Positions 27,143-47,838 of a stretch of DNA of 64,000 nucleotides are shown one piece after another. A model generated the notes under the pieces. The model was given only the letters and a program-made list of their open reading frames with translations. It made no database searches and was not told the origin of the DNA. The stretch is from NCBI RefSeq assembly GCF_009914755.1, contig NC_060928.1, one strand, 5' to 3'. This DNA comes from the human T2T-CHM13v2.0 reference genome, Homo sapiens. Each line of letters begins with the position of its first letter. The stretch's first letter is position 1. The translations under genes and the position numbers were made by a program.

Positions 27143-28806
27143 CCTCCTGTCTTCTTTTTAGTGAAGGAGATTTTCTCTGGTGATATATTTAGCTTCCTGC
27201 TTTTTAGGTTTTTTGTTTTTGTATCCATTATATGTTTTTGGTTTGAGGTTACCATGAGGCTTGCAAATACTATCTTATAACCCCTTGCTTTAAGCTGACA
27301 ACAACTTAACACTGATTGCATAAACAAAGAAACAAATGAGCAAAAAGAAAACTAATAAAGACTCTATGCCTTAACTTTATCTCCCTGCTTTTTAACTTTT
27401 TGTTGTTTCTACTTTATATCTTTTTGCACTAGGTCTTGAAAAGTTGTTATTATTTTTGATTGGTTCATAATTTAGTCTTGCTACTTAAAATAAAAGTAGT
27501 TTACACACCACAGTTACAGTGTTATAATATTCAGTGTTTTTCTGTGTACTTACTATTACCAGTGAGCTTTTTACCTTCAGATGATTTCTTACTGCTCATT
27601 AACATCCTTTTCTTTCTGATTGAAGTGCTCCCTTTAGCCTTTCTTGTAGAACAGGTTTGGTGTTGATGAAATTCCTCAGCTTTTGTTTGTCTGGAAAACT
27701 ATTTTTTTCTCCAAGTTTGAAGGACATTTTCACTAGACATATTATTCCACAGTAAAAGTTCATTTTCTTCAGCACTTTAAATATGTCACACCACTCTCTC
27801 CTGGCCTGTAAGGTTTCCACTGAAAAGTCTGCTGTCAGACATATTGGAACTCAATTGTATGTTGTTTCTTTTCTCTTGCTCTGTTTAGGATCTTTTCTTT
27901 AGCCTTGACTTTTGGTAGTTTGATTAAATGCCTTGAGGGAGTCTTCTTTGGGTTAAATCTCCTTAGTGTTCTGTAATTTTCTTGTACTTGCATGTTGATA
28001 TCTTTCTCTAGGTTTGAGAAGTCCTCTGTTATTACTTCTCTGAATAAACTTACTATCCCTTTCTCTTTTCCTACCTCCTCTTTAAAGCCAATAATTCTTA
28101 TTTTTGTCCTTTTGAGGCTATTTTCTAGATCCTGTAGCCATGCTCAATTGTTTTTTATTATCTTTCTTTTGTCTCCTCTGACTGTTTTCAAATACCCTGT
28201 CTTCAAGCTCACTCATTCCTTCTTCTGCTTGAACAATTCTATTAAGACTCTAGTGCATTCTTCAGCATGCCAGTTGCATTTTTCAGCTCCAGAATTTCTG
28301 CTTGTTTTAATTATTTCAATCTCTTTGTTAAATTTATCTGATAAAATTATGAAGTCCTTTTCTGTATTACCTTGAATTTGAGTTTCCTCAAAAACTGCTA
28401 TTTTGAATTCTCTGTCTGAAAGGGCACATATCTCTGTTTCTCCAGGATTGATCCCTGGTGCCTTATGTTGTTCATTTGGTGAGGCTATGTTTTCCTGGAT
28501 GGTGTTGATGCAAGTAGATGTTCTTCTGTGTCTGGGCACTGAAAAGTTAGGTATTTATCGTAGTCTTCTCAGTCTGAGCTTGTTTGTACCCATTCTTCTT
28601 GGGAAGACTTTCAGATAGTTGAAAGAACTTGGATGTTGTGATCTAAACCGTATCTGCTTTAGAGGGCACCCCAAGCCCAGTAACACTGGTTCTTGCAGAC
28701 TCAGAGGAGTAGCACCTTAATGATCTTGGATAAAATCCAGGGAAATTCTTTGGATTACCAGGCAAAGACTTTTGTTATTTTCCCTTACTTTCTCCCAAAT
28801 GAATGG

Positions 28807-28808
<2 letters not shown>

Positions 28809-28839
<31 letters not shown>
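28809..28839 (+). repeat. (TC)n microsatellite within L1MA 5'UTR
   Basis: Uninterrupted TC run of ~15 units. Confidence 0.95.
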
Positions 28840-28842
<3 letters not shown>

Positions 28843-31800
28843 CTGAGCCACCTGGAGCTGAGGGTGGAGTGATACAACCACCCACCACCACCACTAGGAC
28901 TGTGCTGGGTCAGACCTAAAGCCAGCACAGCAGTGAGTTTTGCCAAAGTCCTGCTGTAACAACTCCCTGGCTATGGCTTATGTTCACTCAAGGCCCTGGG
29001 GCTCTACAATCAGCAGGTGGCAAAGCCAGCCAGGCCCGTGTCTTTCCTTTCAGGGTGGTGAGTTCCCCCAGGCCCTGGGCACATCCAGAGGTGCCATACG
29101 GGAGCCAGGGACTAGAGTCAAAAATCTTAGAGGTCTACCTGGTGTTCTATTGTACTGCAACTGGGCTGCCACTCAAACAAGATGTAGTCCCTCCCCTTTC
29201 TAAAGGCAGATAAGCCTCACCCTGTGCCCACCACCACCACAAGCCCATGAGGTGTACTTCCACATTGCCACCAATGTTTTCTTAAGGCCCAAGGGCTACT
29301 TAGTCAGCTTGCAGTGAATGCCGCCAGGCCTGGGACTCCACCTTCAGGGTAGTGGGCTCACCTCTGGCCCAGGGCAGGTCCATGAATGCCACCCAAGGAC
29401 CAAGTCCTGGAATTGGAGACCCCAAGAGCCTACTTGGTCCTCCACCCTCTTGTGACTGTGCTGGTACCTAAGGTGCAAGACAAAGTCTCCTTTACTTTTC
29501 CTCTGATTTTCTCAGGTAGGAGTCTCAACCCATAACCACCACAGCTGAGAATGTGCTGAGTCTCACCTGAAGCCAGCACATCCCAGAGTGTCACCCAAGG
29601 CCCTTGATGTAGTACTTGGGTATCACTGCTGGTTATTCAGGGCCCAAGGGCTCTTCAGTTAGCAGGTAATTAATTCTGCCAGAACTGGATTCTTCCTTTC
29701 AAGGCAATGGGTTTCCTTCTGGCCCAAGGTATGTCTAGAAATGTCATCTATGAGCTAGAACCTAGAAAGGGGACCTCAAGACTCTGACAGTGCCCTATCC
29801 TATTATGGCTTAGCTAATATCCAAGATGCAAGAGAAAGTCCTCCCCACTCTTTCCTCTCCTCTCCTCAAGTAGAGGGAAGGGGTCTCTTTCGGAGCTATG
29901 AGCTGTGCAGCCTGGAGTTAGTGGAGAGATGATGCCAGCACTCCTTTAGCCACCCAACCTGGTGTTTCAGTAGGTCACATGTCCCTCCATTCCCCCATCT
30001 CTGGGCCCAGTTCAGCATTAGGACTTGCCTAGGAGTTACAGTCCTTGTGGCCTAGACTGCTCTTCAAGTTTATTTGGAGCCCCAGAGCACTTTATCCAGT
30101 GGTGGTGAGGCTTGCAGGAACTCAAGTTCAGACTGCTGGCTTTGGAAACTCCCTTCTGGCTAGGGTTGGTTTAAATACTCCCTCCTTGAGTGGGCATAAG
30201 CTCAGTCTTGTTTTCTGCTATAATAGGGCAACACTCAGTTCAATGACCCATAATTGCCCAATCTCCCTCTTCGCAGCACACAGCAATGCTCTCCACACCA
30301 CACCGCCACTGCCAGGAGATGGAAAAGGGTGGCATTGCTGATTTAAGACTTTCCCCACATCTTCTTACCCATTTCAGCCATATGAAGTTAAAACCAGGTA
30401 CTGTGAGTGCTCACCTGATTTTTGGTTCCTATGAGGATGATTTTTGTGTTTAGTTAAATTGGTGTCCTCGTGGAGGGGACAATCAGTGGAGCCTTCTATT
30501 CCACCATCTTACTCAGCCCAGGACCCAAACTGGCATTTTGAAAAGATTTTGTAAGTGTTGTGGAGACTGGATTTTAAGTGTGTTCTAATTTAGGGTATTT
30601 TCTCACCTGGAAATATATTATTTCAGTAGTTAAGGAGAGATAATATAGTACTTGGATGAAGGGATAAGGGAAAAGTAAAGCAAAATAAGTCACTTACAGA
30701 GTTACTTAGGAAGTAGAAACAACAGTATTTGTTATGGGGGTCTTGGATATGCAGGTGAATAAGAGAAAAGTGTTAGGCTAACTCCTATATTTCTGGTTTG
30801 CATAACTAAACAGTGGTGCTGTTCCTGAAAAAGAGAACACAAGAAGAATTGTATAATATTCTCTCTCAATGTATTGAGGTATATATGTCTTCTTTCAAAT
30901 TTTAAGTTATTGAGATATTAATATGAGTTTGAGAATATTTTACACAATTCATTGCCTTGTATATGTGGATATGCAACGATAATCTTTTTTATACAGCTCC
31001 ATCATTTACTACTTAGTTTTCTTTATGCAACTAACTTAACCTTCCTGTGCTGTTAAGGAAGGTTAACCTTAAAATGGAAATTGTATTAGTACCTGCCTAG
31101 GAAGAACTACTTAGTGATATGCCTGCAATCTATCCTCTCTCTTTAGTAGAGGGAGGGCTTTAGTAAAGAAAAAAGGTGACATAGTTAAATCTTCTTATGA
31201 ACATTCTGATGACAAACATCCTGGAAAGCACATTAATTTTATTTGCTAGATAGTCCTAATTTCTGGAATGCCATTAGCTGGATTTACTTGGTATATATTG
31301 ATTGGTTACGGTAAGTACACCTGGAATATAGAGATTTATGTCTCATTGTCCTGGGAAGTGCCATGTAAACTAGTAATATCTGAGTATACAATGGAAAAGT
31401 GACATTCATTTTTTAAAAAAACTACCTATTGTGTAAGTAATGTAGCCACATGCATTACGTCTTTAAGGACCTCATATGTTAATCTATGCCAGAGTGAATC
31501 CTGATTCATCAAGAAATGATATGAAGAGCAGTGTTATTGGTCCTGGGACTCTTAATGCTAAGCGTATATCTTGTAATTCCTTGTAATAAATATTAGCGAA
31601 GAATGATGCAGGGTAAAGTTTTTAACTTTTGCGTGTCTGATTTGAGAATACAGTTTATTATGTTAAGATCACTGCCTCAGAAGATTGTTTGGGGATTAAA
31701 TTATTTAATATTTGGGAAGAGCTTAAAACAGTGCCAAACTCATTAGCTATTGTTATTAATATATCACTGTAATCCTAAGGAACAATAAGAGCTATAGTTT

Positions 31801-31921
31801 ATAAAGTGAATATTATGTGACAGGCATTTATGTGAAGTGCTTCCATGGATTGTCTCGTTAATAATCCAAAAATCCCTATGTTCTGTTTTTATTACCATTT
31901 GATATATGAGAAGCCTGAGGC

Positions 31922-32010
31922 TATATATTTATATATATTATGTGATATATTATATTAATATATATTAATATATATTATATGATATAATATATATTAATAT
32001 ATAATATTTA
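31922..32010. repeat. AT-rich (TA)n-like low-complexity expansion inside a MIR
   Basis: tatatatta-type degenerate repeats between MIR halves (gagaagcctgaggct...cccaaggtcatatagttagtaa). Confidence 0.8.
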
Positions 32011-32851
32011 ATTTTCCCAAGGTCATATAGTTAGTAAATTTTGGCATCGACTTTTAAACCCAGGTGATCTAACTCCCCAGTAGAGCTCTTTTTCCTAATT
32101 CCAAGTAACCCTGCCTTGCTATACTCTCCTGTCTCTGAAAGTCCATTGGAATGGCCATCATACTATCTTAGCACGATGAAAGTATAATTTATTGACTAGC
32201 ACCACAATGACCTTAATATGTTAACGCAATTTCTAAATATATGGGACTTCCACCCAGAGAGTTACTAATGTCAGGAGAAATGAGAAATATAGAAAACTAC
32301 CTATTATTTTTATTCTATTTCTCAGACTGTTATGACCCTTTGATACTCCACTGAGCATAACCCCCTATGCTGCCCCAAAAAGGGATATAAACTGTTATAA
32401 AACAATTAAACTAATGAAACTAAAGTTTCCAGAAGAATATCAATAGTTTTGGTGAGTTTCTTTTTTCTCTCTGTGCTCCCAGATTATGCAAGCTATTTCA
32501 TCTCCTGTTTTCTTATAAATAACAATAAGGATAAGCAAAGAAAAAAGAAGTACAAGCCAACTCTATAACCTTTGCCAACAGCACTAATTAGATGAACATA
32601 TATGACCAAAATATTATTTTTGGAATGTAAAAGAGTATTGATTTGATTTAAAATTATATTTAGGAATGACATAGGCATGCCACCCCATATTACACAAATG
32701 ATCATTATAAGCTATAGGTACTCAAATTAGTCTTATTCCATTTTATTCATTAAAAATAACCATTTTAAAAAACCTATAGATTGTATATTAAATCATATTC
32801 CCATGAATTTACATAATATCAACCTACATAATATCGAGAATAAAATGATTA

Positions 32852-33146
<295 letters not shown>

Positions 33147-33691
33147 AATTATTAAACAATATCCCTGAAGGTAATGCAGGCAAATGGAAGACTATCTAAT
33201 AATGTTACTCAGAAAGCACTGTAGTGGCCATGTTTCTGCCTATCATAATTGTTTTTAGTCTAGATATCAATCATGAACAAGTTTTCCTGCCAAGGGGAGT
33301 AGATAGCCTCTGCCACTGCAGAAAACGAGTGCACAGCAGCCATATTAGAAAAATACTACACTTTAGTTCTAAGGCTATAGGTGTGCAGAGGTAATGACAT
33401 TTCTGGAAATAATAAGGTCTTTGATATAAAATACCACCATTCCATGGCAGATTTGGAAGTGATAAGAACCCTCCAATGGAATATTAGGAGGACATGGTAG
33501 AAAAGAAATCTAGATTGCACCAGAACAAAGATAAATACTTGCTACAGAAGAAATGGAAATTGACATCACTATCCCATTTGTGAAGAACTTATATTTAATT
33601 TTATACATCTATACATAACTCGACTGTACATGAAAATACATGTTTGTTGTTTTTAAAAATCCTGATGTGAAGAATTTCTTTCCCTAAGCAC

Positions 33692-34183
33692 TGTTAGAAA
33701 GAGATCCCAGAACTGAAAGGACCTATTCGAAGGGGCCATCTGCCATTGGCCCTTAGCATCCTGCACATTCTTTTATGGTGTGCCAAGAATGCAAGGCCCT
33801 GACCACTTCTGGTCCAGAACATTTCTCAAGGTTGAGATTGTAGTAAGCAACTTTGAGTGATAAAGTAATGCCTCCACCCCAGAAAAAAGAGCAGTCTTGC
33901 TTATTATTCACTATAAAAGCTGCGGAACCCCAAGTTCAGTGTTGCTGTCTTGTAACACGACTTACTGCATGGCTTCCAGCTGGTCCTCTGTGTCGCCCAC
34001 ATGAGAATGAGAAACAAGGTGAACCAATACAAACATACTGATGCTCCTGCTTCTTACTGTAATAAGTAATAATGTACTTCCTCTCTGACCCAGGAAACAC
34101 ATGTCTTCCATCAGCATGGATGAAACAGTAACAGGCTAACTTTTTAGCTTGTGGGCATGGTAAAATAAAATCCCAGAACAGAC
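33692..34183 (+). mobile_element. Old solo LTR (ERVL/ERV1, family uncertain)
   Basis: TG...CA termini, TATAAAA at 33912, ctctctgacccagga motif of old LTR R/U5 regions. Confidence 0.55.
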
Positions 34184-36049
34184 AAACCCTGCCTGACTCT
34201 GTAATAAACATCCCACGGCCCACAATAAACAGCATGAGGTAAATAGCATAGCTCACATGATCTGTTTCTAACATTTAATAATTTTACTGATTTGTTTCAA
34301 AAAAATGCCTCCAACAATAACACAAATTGCATTAAAAATTTTCACCGAGGCTCACTAAGGCATGACTCCTGGGCTATCAGAGGCAAGTAAACATTATTTT
34401 TCATGCTATTTAAATGGTATAAGGTACGTGTCACTATATAAATTGTTGTTAAAATACGGTGAGCTCCTAAAGGGCAAATAGATAAGATGAATTCAAGTTT
34501 GAGGAAAGGAAGATGTCTGTCTGTTGAGGGAAAGCCAGAATGGTAGAGAGAGACTGTTGATACAAGGATATGACTGATGAAGCAACATATCACAGAAGGT
34601 GGGGAGGGATGGAAGGTAAAAAAGCATCAGGATTAAGAAAAGGAAGAAAAACATTATACAAAACCTTTTTTTTCTATTGAAGAGGAGACAAATTAAGAAA
34701 GTTGTTGTTAACAATCCTCAATCTTTCCAATGCAGTAAGAATGAAGGCTGTTATAAAGAAAGAGAGGCAGGTATGGCATGCTTAGGCACTGGGGAAATAG
34801 GAAATATTTAGAGATAAATATAAAACTTTGTTAACAGCACTGAGGGCACAGCTGAGATTGGATAGCATGAATTAACAGTGTAACCACTTAGTCTGGTTTA
34901 GACTTATTCTTAACAAAATTTGAAGAGTCTGGGAACTGAAGTAGGAGAGTTGAAATGTAGGGTTGACCCGTAATCTAACTATAAAAATCTAACCAAATTA
35001 GATAATGCCTGTGGCCTTTAACTACTGATTAGTTGAAACTCTGTTCTTTTTCTAAGGTCTTTTATTAATCTTATAATAATCTATAGGAAGTTAAAGCTAC
35101 TGTGAGACATATCATTGGTAAGTATCAAAAAAACTTGGAGTAGAGCAAATGAATCACTTAAATAACTAAAATATGCATCTTCAGTAAGCCAAGCTTAATA
35201 ATTTATCCTTGCGATCTATCACCTCCAGATGACTTGATCAATAGCATAATATGAAACCTAATTATGAGATATATTAAGACAGAAGAATTTTTTGACTAGA
35301 CAAAAAAATAGTACTGCCATTGCCTATAAGTTCCACTAAAAGAGGACACACTTTCTTTAGCTTTGCAACAATGTACTTGTAGATTATATTCGAAGTTTCT
35401 ATTACAAGTCTTTAAAACAAGTCTCATTATCTTTTTATCTCAAACAAACCAATAAACAAACAGAATCCAATTTTTAGCTTTTCCACCAATCCCACCACTC
35501 TCTTCTCTTGGGCCCCTTTGTAATAGAGAAATTCTGTAATTAGCACTAATAATTTCACAATTCAGTCACAAGGCCTTCACAAGGCAGACATTTTGCCAAC
35601 AGGCATTTCACTCATGACTAATCTAAAACCAAGCTTGTCCTTGAATCTGCATTGAGGTTGCACGTTTGTTTCATTATAGCTTCAATTGTGAATTTAAAGC
35701 TTTTATTAAAGACTTTCATCAAGATTAAGTTTATTATGCCCTTTATGCCTGTTGATTCTAGTTGCCACAAAAAGTCAAAATCAACTCATCCTCAGGACTC
35801 TAATTCCCAAAAGGTTCTGAACATCCCCTTATTTAACTCCATTTCTTATCTCTGCCCAACTCCTGAAATCTTTCCACTATGCTAAGACTCAGACAGTCAC
35901 CAGCAAAATCACCTCAACATTCACTTAATTTTTACTTGATCAACCCTGTAGCCCTCTTGTCTGCAGCTTACTCAAAAGGTAGATGTTCTTTCCCTCAAAC
36001 TCTACTGCTATTGGGTCTAGAGATTAAGAAGGTGACATTCTTATTACTT

Positions 36050-38430
36050 GTTACTCCTTCCAGACTATTCCGCCTCCCTCCTTCATTTAGATTTTATTAA
36101 ATCAAACTATAGCGCTATCAACCTTTCCCTGATGCAGTGCTCAAACAACCTCCAAGTCACTCTCCTTCTACCTCATATCCTCAAGATTGTAGCTCCTGAC
36201 TCACTGATACTGTCACAAACCTTATTCCTGTCATAATTCTCGGCTGACTTCAATGTCCACATAAATTACCTTTCCAGTATATTGTCACACAGTTCTTTGA
36301 CTTGATCTCCTTTAATGGTTTTGCCCTCCCCCCTCTTCCAGCCACTTACTCTCATGGTCATAACTAAATGTCATTCCCAATAACTACAGCCCCTCTATCA
36401 TTTCAATTTAAAACATTCGGTTTTCTGAGCACCAACTCCTATCTTTCCAGCTCACTCCCTCTAGTTGGAATTTGGAGAATTCCAACAACCCTCTGACCTA
36501 CCAGAACCTGTAATTCATTGATCCTAACATCTTTTTATTGTCCTTCGCCCCTTATATTATTTACTCACTTCATTTTTATTCAGCTTAAATTCCGTGGTCC
36601 ATCATAATCCCTCCCTTGCATACAGCCTAACTTTCCTGCCCTTAGCTTGCTTCCTTGTACTTGGCTAAGACACCACCCTGGTTCTGTCCAACTCTCTACC
36701 TATTCCATGCTTACACCTGTACACCTGTACATGTGAACGCAGCTGGAGGAAAACAAAATGAACAAATTGACTGGTATCACTAACTTCAAACAGGCCCTTA
36801 ATGCTGGCTAGGAATTATACTTATTTCCAGTGTTCTAAACAACTATTACATCACTTCACCTCTCTCTTAAAATCTCCATCTCTTCCTCTGTCAGTCTCAT
36901 TCTCAACTGATGATCTTGCTTTTTATTATACTGAGAAAATAGAAGCAATCACCACAGGCACATTCACTCACCTACAATGAGTGAATTTTGTTCATTCTCC
37001 TAGCAAAGGAAAACCACTTAATTTGCATGCTACATTCTTTCTTGCCTACTTAAGGGCATTGTCTCAGCAACTTTTCTTTCTTTCTCTAGCATCAATAATT
37101 TTTCTTCCTCTTCTAAGTTTTTTATCCATTAGCCCAACAAACATACTTTTTTTCTATTCTTAAAATAAAACTTTTGCTTGATCCTACTTCACTCTATAGC
37201 TACCACTCCCATTTTTTCCTTTCCTTTGGTAAGTCTCCTTGAAATGAGTGTTTACATTTGCTGTCACTACTTTCCCATTTTCTCCTGAGCTTACCATTAG
37301 GCTTTAATACTCACCACTCCATCCAACTGTTAATCTTTATGTTGTTAAACCCAGTGTTCTATTCTTAATCCTCATCTTATTAGACTATTTAGCAATAGGT
37401 GACACAGCTAATTATCTTCCTTACATGGCTTCCAGGATACCACACTCTCTTGGTTTTCCTCCAACCTCACTGGTTACTCCTTCAAAGTTTCCTTTGTTCC
37501 CTCCTTGCTATGGTCTGAATGTATGTGTCTTCTTGAAAATTTACAGTTGAAACCTAACTCTAAGAGGATGGTATTAAAAGGTGGGGTCTTTGGGAGGTGA
37601 CTAGGTAATGAGGACAGTGTCCTCATGAATGAGATTAGTGCTCCTATAAAAGCAGCTCAAGGGAGCCCCCAGCTCTTTCCATGTGACCATGTGAGGACTC
37701 CACAACAAGGCACTGACATTAAAGAGAGCTGTCACCAGACTTCAAATCTGCTGATGCCTTTATCTTGGATTTGCCCACCTCCAGAACAATGAGAAATAAA
37801 TTTCTATTGTTTATAAATTACTCAGTCTAAGGTATTCTGTTATAGCAGCTCAGATGAACTATGACACCCCTTTTCTCTCAAATATCTTAGTGCTGGAGTT
37901 CTTAACTTAGAGCTAGATCTCTTCTAATTTCTTTAGTGATCTCAATTACATTGTGCCTGAAATATCACCATGTGTGAATAACTTGAATTTTATCTCTAGC
38001 TTTAAAATTTTCCCTAAACTCAGGACTCATATATTCAACTAATTAACATCTTCACTTGGTGGTTTAGTAGACATCTCAAATATAATATACCCCAAATTAA
38101 GTTCATCTCTCCTAAACCTGCTTCTTTGGCAGTCTTCACCATCTTAGTTATTGGTCACTCCATCTTCCAAAATGCTCAGATGAAAAACCTTGGAGTCATT
38201 CTTGACTTCTTTTTTCTCTCACCCTCCTGATTCAATCTAACAAATATTAAGAGTGCTATCTTTAAACTGTATTTAGAATCTTAACACTTCTTTCCACCTC
38301 CACTGTTAATAACCCTGGTCCAAGCCACAACCAACTATCTCCTAGATTACTCCAATAGTGATTTAACTAATCTCCCTGCTTCTGCTGTAATCCCCCATGC
38401 CTTCCTTAAGTCTTCCTCAAAAAGAGATCT
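36050..38430 (+). mobile_element. Long L2 (LINE-2) ORF2-derived segment; 3' part resumes at ~46735-47150
   Basis: Pyrimidine-rich L2 motifs (tgacttcaatgtccac, ccacactctcttggttttcctcc, aaaaccttggagtcattcttgac, ccctggtccaagccac); continuation aaatcatgcc...ctgcttaaaaccctccaatg at 46765. Confidence 0.75.
37506..37866 (+). mobile_element. MLT1A-type MaLR solo LTR nested in L2
   Basis: TGCTATGGTCTGAATGT...GAACTATGACA; 5-bp flanks ctcct/cccct. Confidence 0.85.
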
Positions 38431-38766
38431 AGAATATTCTTTGTGGGGTTTTTTTTAACTTTTTATCCCTATCACCTATTTTCAACAATTATCATAGGCC
38501 ATTGTTTTTCAGTGAAACCCACAACCCTACTCCTACATCATTCTGGAGTAAATCTATATTTTATCTGTGACTATTTCAGTATGTATCTCCAAAAGATAAG
38601 GATTCTTTTAAAACATAATCACAATGCCATTATTAAACCTTTAAAAACTTCTTTTATATTATCAAATATCCATCCAGGGTTCACTTTTCCTCGAGTGTTT
38701 TATGTTAATTTTTGTGTGGTTTAAATTGAGATTCAAATAAGGTCTATGCATTTTGATTGGTTAAGA

Positions 38767-39013
38767 TTTTTTATTTTTTTGAGACAGGGTCTCACTCTAT
38801 CACTCTGGCTACAGTATAGTGGTGTGAACATGGCTCACTGCAGCCTCAACCTCCTGGGCTCAAGGGATCCTCTTGTGTCAGCCTCCCTTGTAGCTGAGAC
38901 AACAGGTGTGCACCACCACACCTGGCTACTTTTTAAATTTTTTTTAATGGAAATGAAGCCTCACTATTGCCCTGGCTAGTCTCAAACTGCTGGGCTCAAG
39001 CAATATTCCCGCC
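38767..39013 (-). mobile_element. AluJ-like, 5' end missing
   Basis: Poly(T) then GAGACAGGGTCTCACTCT...CTGGGCTCAAG; stops ~50 nt short of the Alu 5' end. Confidence 0.9.
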
Positions 39014-39250
39014 GCACTTAAGGCCAGGAGTTCGAGACCAGCCTGGCCAACAGGGTAAAACCCCATCTCTATTAAAAATACAAAAGTTAGCCAGGCATGA
39101 TGACATACACCTGGAGTCCCAGCTCCTTGGGAGGCTGAGGCAGGAGAACTGCTTGAACCCAGGAAGCAGAAATTACAGTGAGCCAAGTGATCCATAACAC
39201 TGCACTCCAGCCTAGAAAACAGAGTGAGACTGTCTCAAAAAAAATAAAAT
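39014..39250 (+). mobile_element. AluS-like, 5' end missing
   Basis: Begins at CACTTAAGGCCAGGAGTTCGAGACC, ends in A-rich tail. Confidence 0.9.
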
Positions 39251-39495
39251 CACTAGGAATATTTCCTTTTTGTGTGTTATGAACCAAAGTGCTATATTAC
39301 ACAAGTAAGTTTGTTTCATTGCATTTTGTAGAGATTTCTTCTTTTTCCTTTATTGTGTTCTATAATTAGGTAAAATATTTACATCGTCCTAAAATCAAAC
39401 ATGCAAAACAAATTTTCAAAGAAGTCAAGTCATATGTTCTTCTTCCCTTATGTGTATCCTTTCTAGGGCTTACTCATTTTAAAAAATAAGCAAAT

Positions 39496-39497
<2 letters not shown>

Positions 39498-39530
<33 letters not shown>
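39498..39530 (+). repeat. (TG)n microsatellite
   Basis: Uninterrupted GT run of ~16 units. Confidence 0.95.
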
Positions 39531-39533
<3 letters not shown>

Positions 39534-39624
39534 TTCTACCCCCATGCCTTTGGAGATAAAAGATAGCTTCTTATAAACATCAATACAGCTTCTTTTCCTA
39601 CCATACTTTTTAAAATTAATAGTA

Positions 39625-45790
<6,166 letters not shown>

Positions 45791-47838
45791 AAAATTAATA
45801 GTATATTCTGAAGATCGCTCTTTTTTTTTAATGGACTCAATTGTGCAGATTTACTTTATCAGCCATTCCCCTACTCATGGAAACTTGGTTTACTTACAGT
45901 AGTCTTTGGTTACTACAAAGACTGCTATCATAAGAAGACTTGCACACATATAGTACATGTGTTTTCATATTTTTACCAGTATGTTTTAAGGATAGATTCC
46001 CTCAGGTAAGATTGCTGGATCACATGGAAATGCAGGTAATTTTATTATTGCCAGATTCACCTCTATATATCATTTTACATTCCCATCAGCAATGTATGAG
46101 AATGCCTGTTTCTCCACAGCCTCAACAACAAAGCATGTAGTCAAACTTTGGAATTTTTGTCTGACACATGAGAAATACATTTAAGCATAATTTTAATTTA
46201 CATTTATTTTATTAAGAGTGATGTTGCGTATCTCTTCCCATGGCGGATGGCCATCTCTTTGTAAACTGTTCTAGCCCACTTTTCTATGGAGTTGTTGGCC
46301 TTTTTCCAATCTATTTTCAGGAGCTCTTTATATAGTAGGTATATCAAACTCCTTTTTTTCCCATGACTAACCTGCAAATGTTTTTTCCTAACTTGTAATT
46401 TATCTTCTATTTTTCTTCTTTCCTCCCATACAAATTATTAATTTTTATGTAATAAACTTTTCCATTTTTTTCCTTATTTTATCTGGATTTTGAGTAACAG
46501 TTAGCAAGGTTTCCTCACTTCTAGATTAAAATTAATTCACCTAGGTTTTCTAGTACTTGTATGGTTTTATTTAATTTAAATTTAAATTAAACACATTTAA
46601 TTTTCCCAATTAAACTGTATATTGAACATAGGTTTAACTCCATGAAAAAAATTACCTGGTGGCACTGTAGTTGTGACTATATTAAATTTCCAAAAAAAAT
46701 AATAACTTTGGAAAGAATTGACTTTGATAATATTGCAGACTGATATTTTTAAAACATCAAGTCAAATCATGCCATCTCTCTGCTTAAAACCCTCCAATGT
46801 CTCTCTACCTCACCTGAAGTACAAGCCAAAGTGTTTGCAATAGCCCATGCTATTTGACTTCCGTTCCTAACAGCCTCCCTTGAAATCACTCCAGCCACAC
46901 CAGCCATAGCAGTTGCTGGTCCTTCTGTGGGACTACTCTTTCCCCCAGATGTCTGCAGGGTCCTTTGGAGCTTTGCTCAAATGTCACCACTCTTAACAAG
47001 CATTTCGTGATCATACTACTTAAAACTGTAATTACTATCACCCCCTTCCCTGAATTACTTTTCCTCATAGCACTTTACACCAACTAACACACTATATGTT
47101 TTACTTACTTATCATGCATCTTTGGATCATATTGAATGTAAATTCCATATACCCCACAGAGAATTAAACTGCCAACCAGCAATCGAATTTTTTAATTTAA
47201 AAAACAATTTAGTATTCTAAGAAACTTTGTTTAGACCAACTCTATCTGAAGCAGATCTTGTAAGTATTATCACTACCTAAATTGCCCTTGCTTATAATAT
47301 CAAGTCTTAGGTTACTAATCTAATTAAGATGAATTATTTAGCATCAGACGAATGGACGCTCGCAGAGGTTCACCATGCTTGAATTTTAATCCTAGTCTCC
47401 TTGCTTCTTCAGCTATGGCTTTTGCCAGCAGTCTAAGATGCCTTCAATATTTAAGTCTCTCAAAGTGAGTTTCTTTTTATACCATCCCTCCAAAGTCTTT
47501 AGTGCAATCCACTATACACTGAGAAATTCATAACCTAGTAAAGTTATAGCTGTGTCAATAAGACGCCTAACTTTTCCCCATCTAGTTTCTCAACCGCAAT
47601 TTAATGTGGGGAGAGGGTTTGCTTAGATTAATGTACTCAAACGTGGTAATGCAGAAGAATCAATTGGGGTCTACTAACAACACAGATTTCTGTGCCCTAC
47701 CCCAATTAAAATTTTAATTAATAGATCTGGCAACAACTCAAAAAAGTCACTCAATTTTAGGTGTCTCATTGAGAAAAACTAGCTTTATGTCTATTAGGTA
47801 ATAGCAATAATGCAATCCACAGAGAAAAAATTGGTTTC

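Larger units (their letters stand above)
22535..30526 (-). mobile_element. Near full-length old LINE-1 (L1MA1-3-like), ~8 kb, inserted in an L2
   Basis: Poly(T) and L1MA-type 3'UTR at left, degenerate ORF2/ORF1 pieces on minus strand, long 5'UTR starting GGGCTGAGTAAGATGGTGGAATAGAAGGCTCC; degenerate TSD agacttgcatttt (22522-22534) / aaactggcatttt (30527-30539). Confidence 0.9.
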
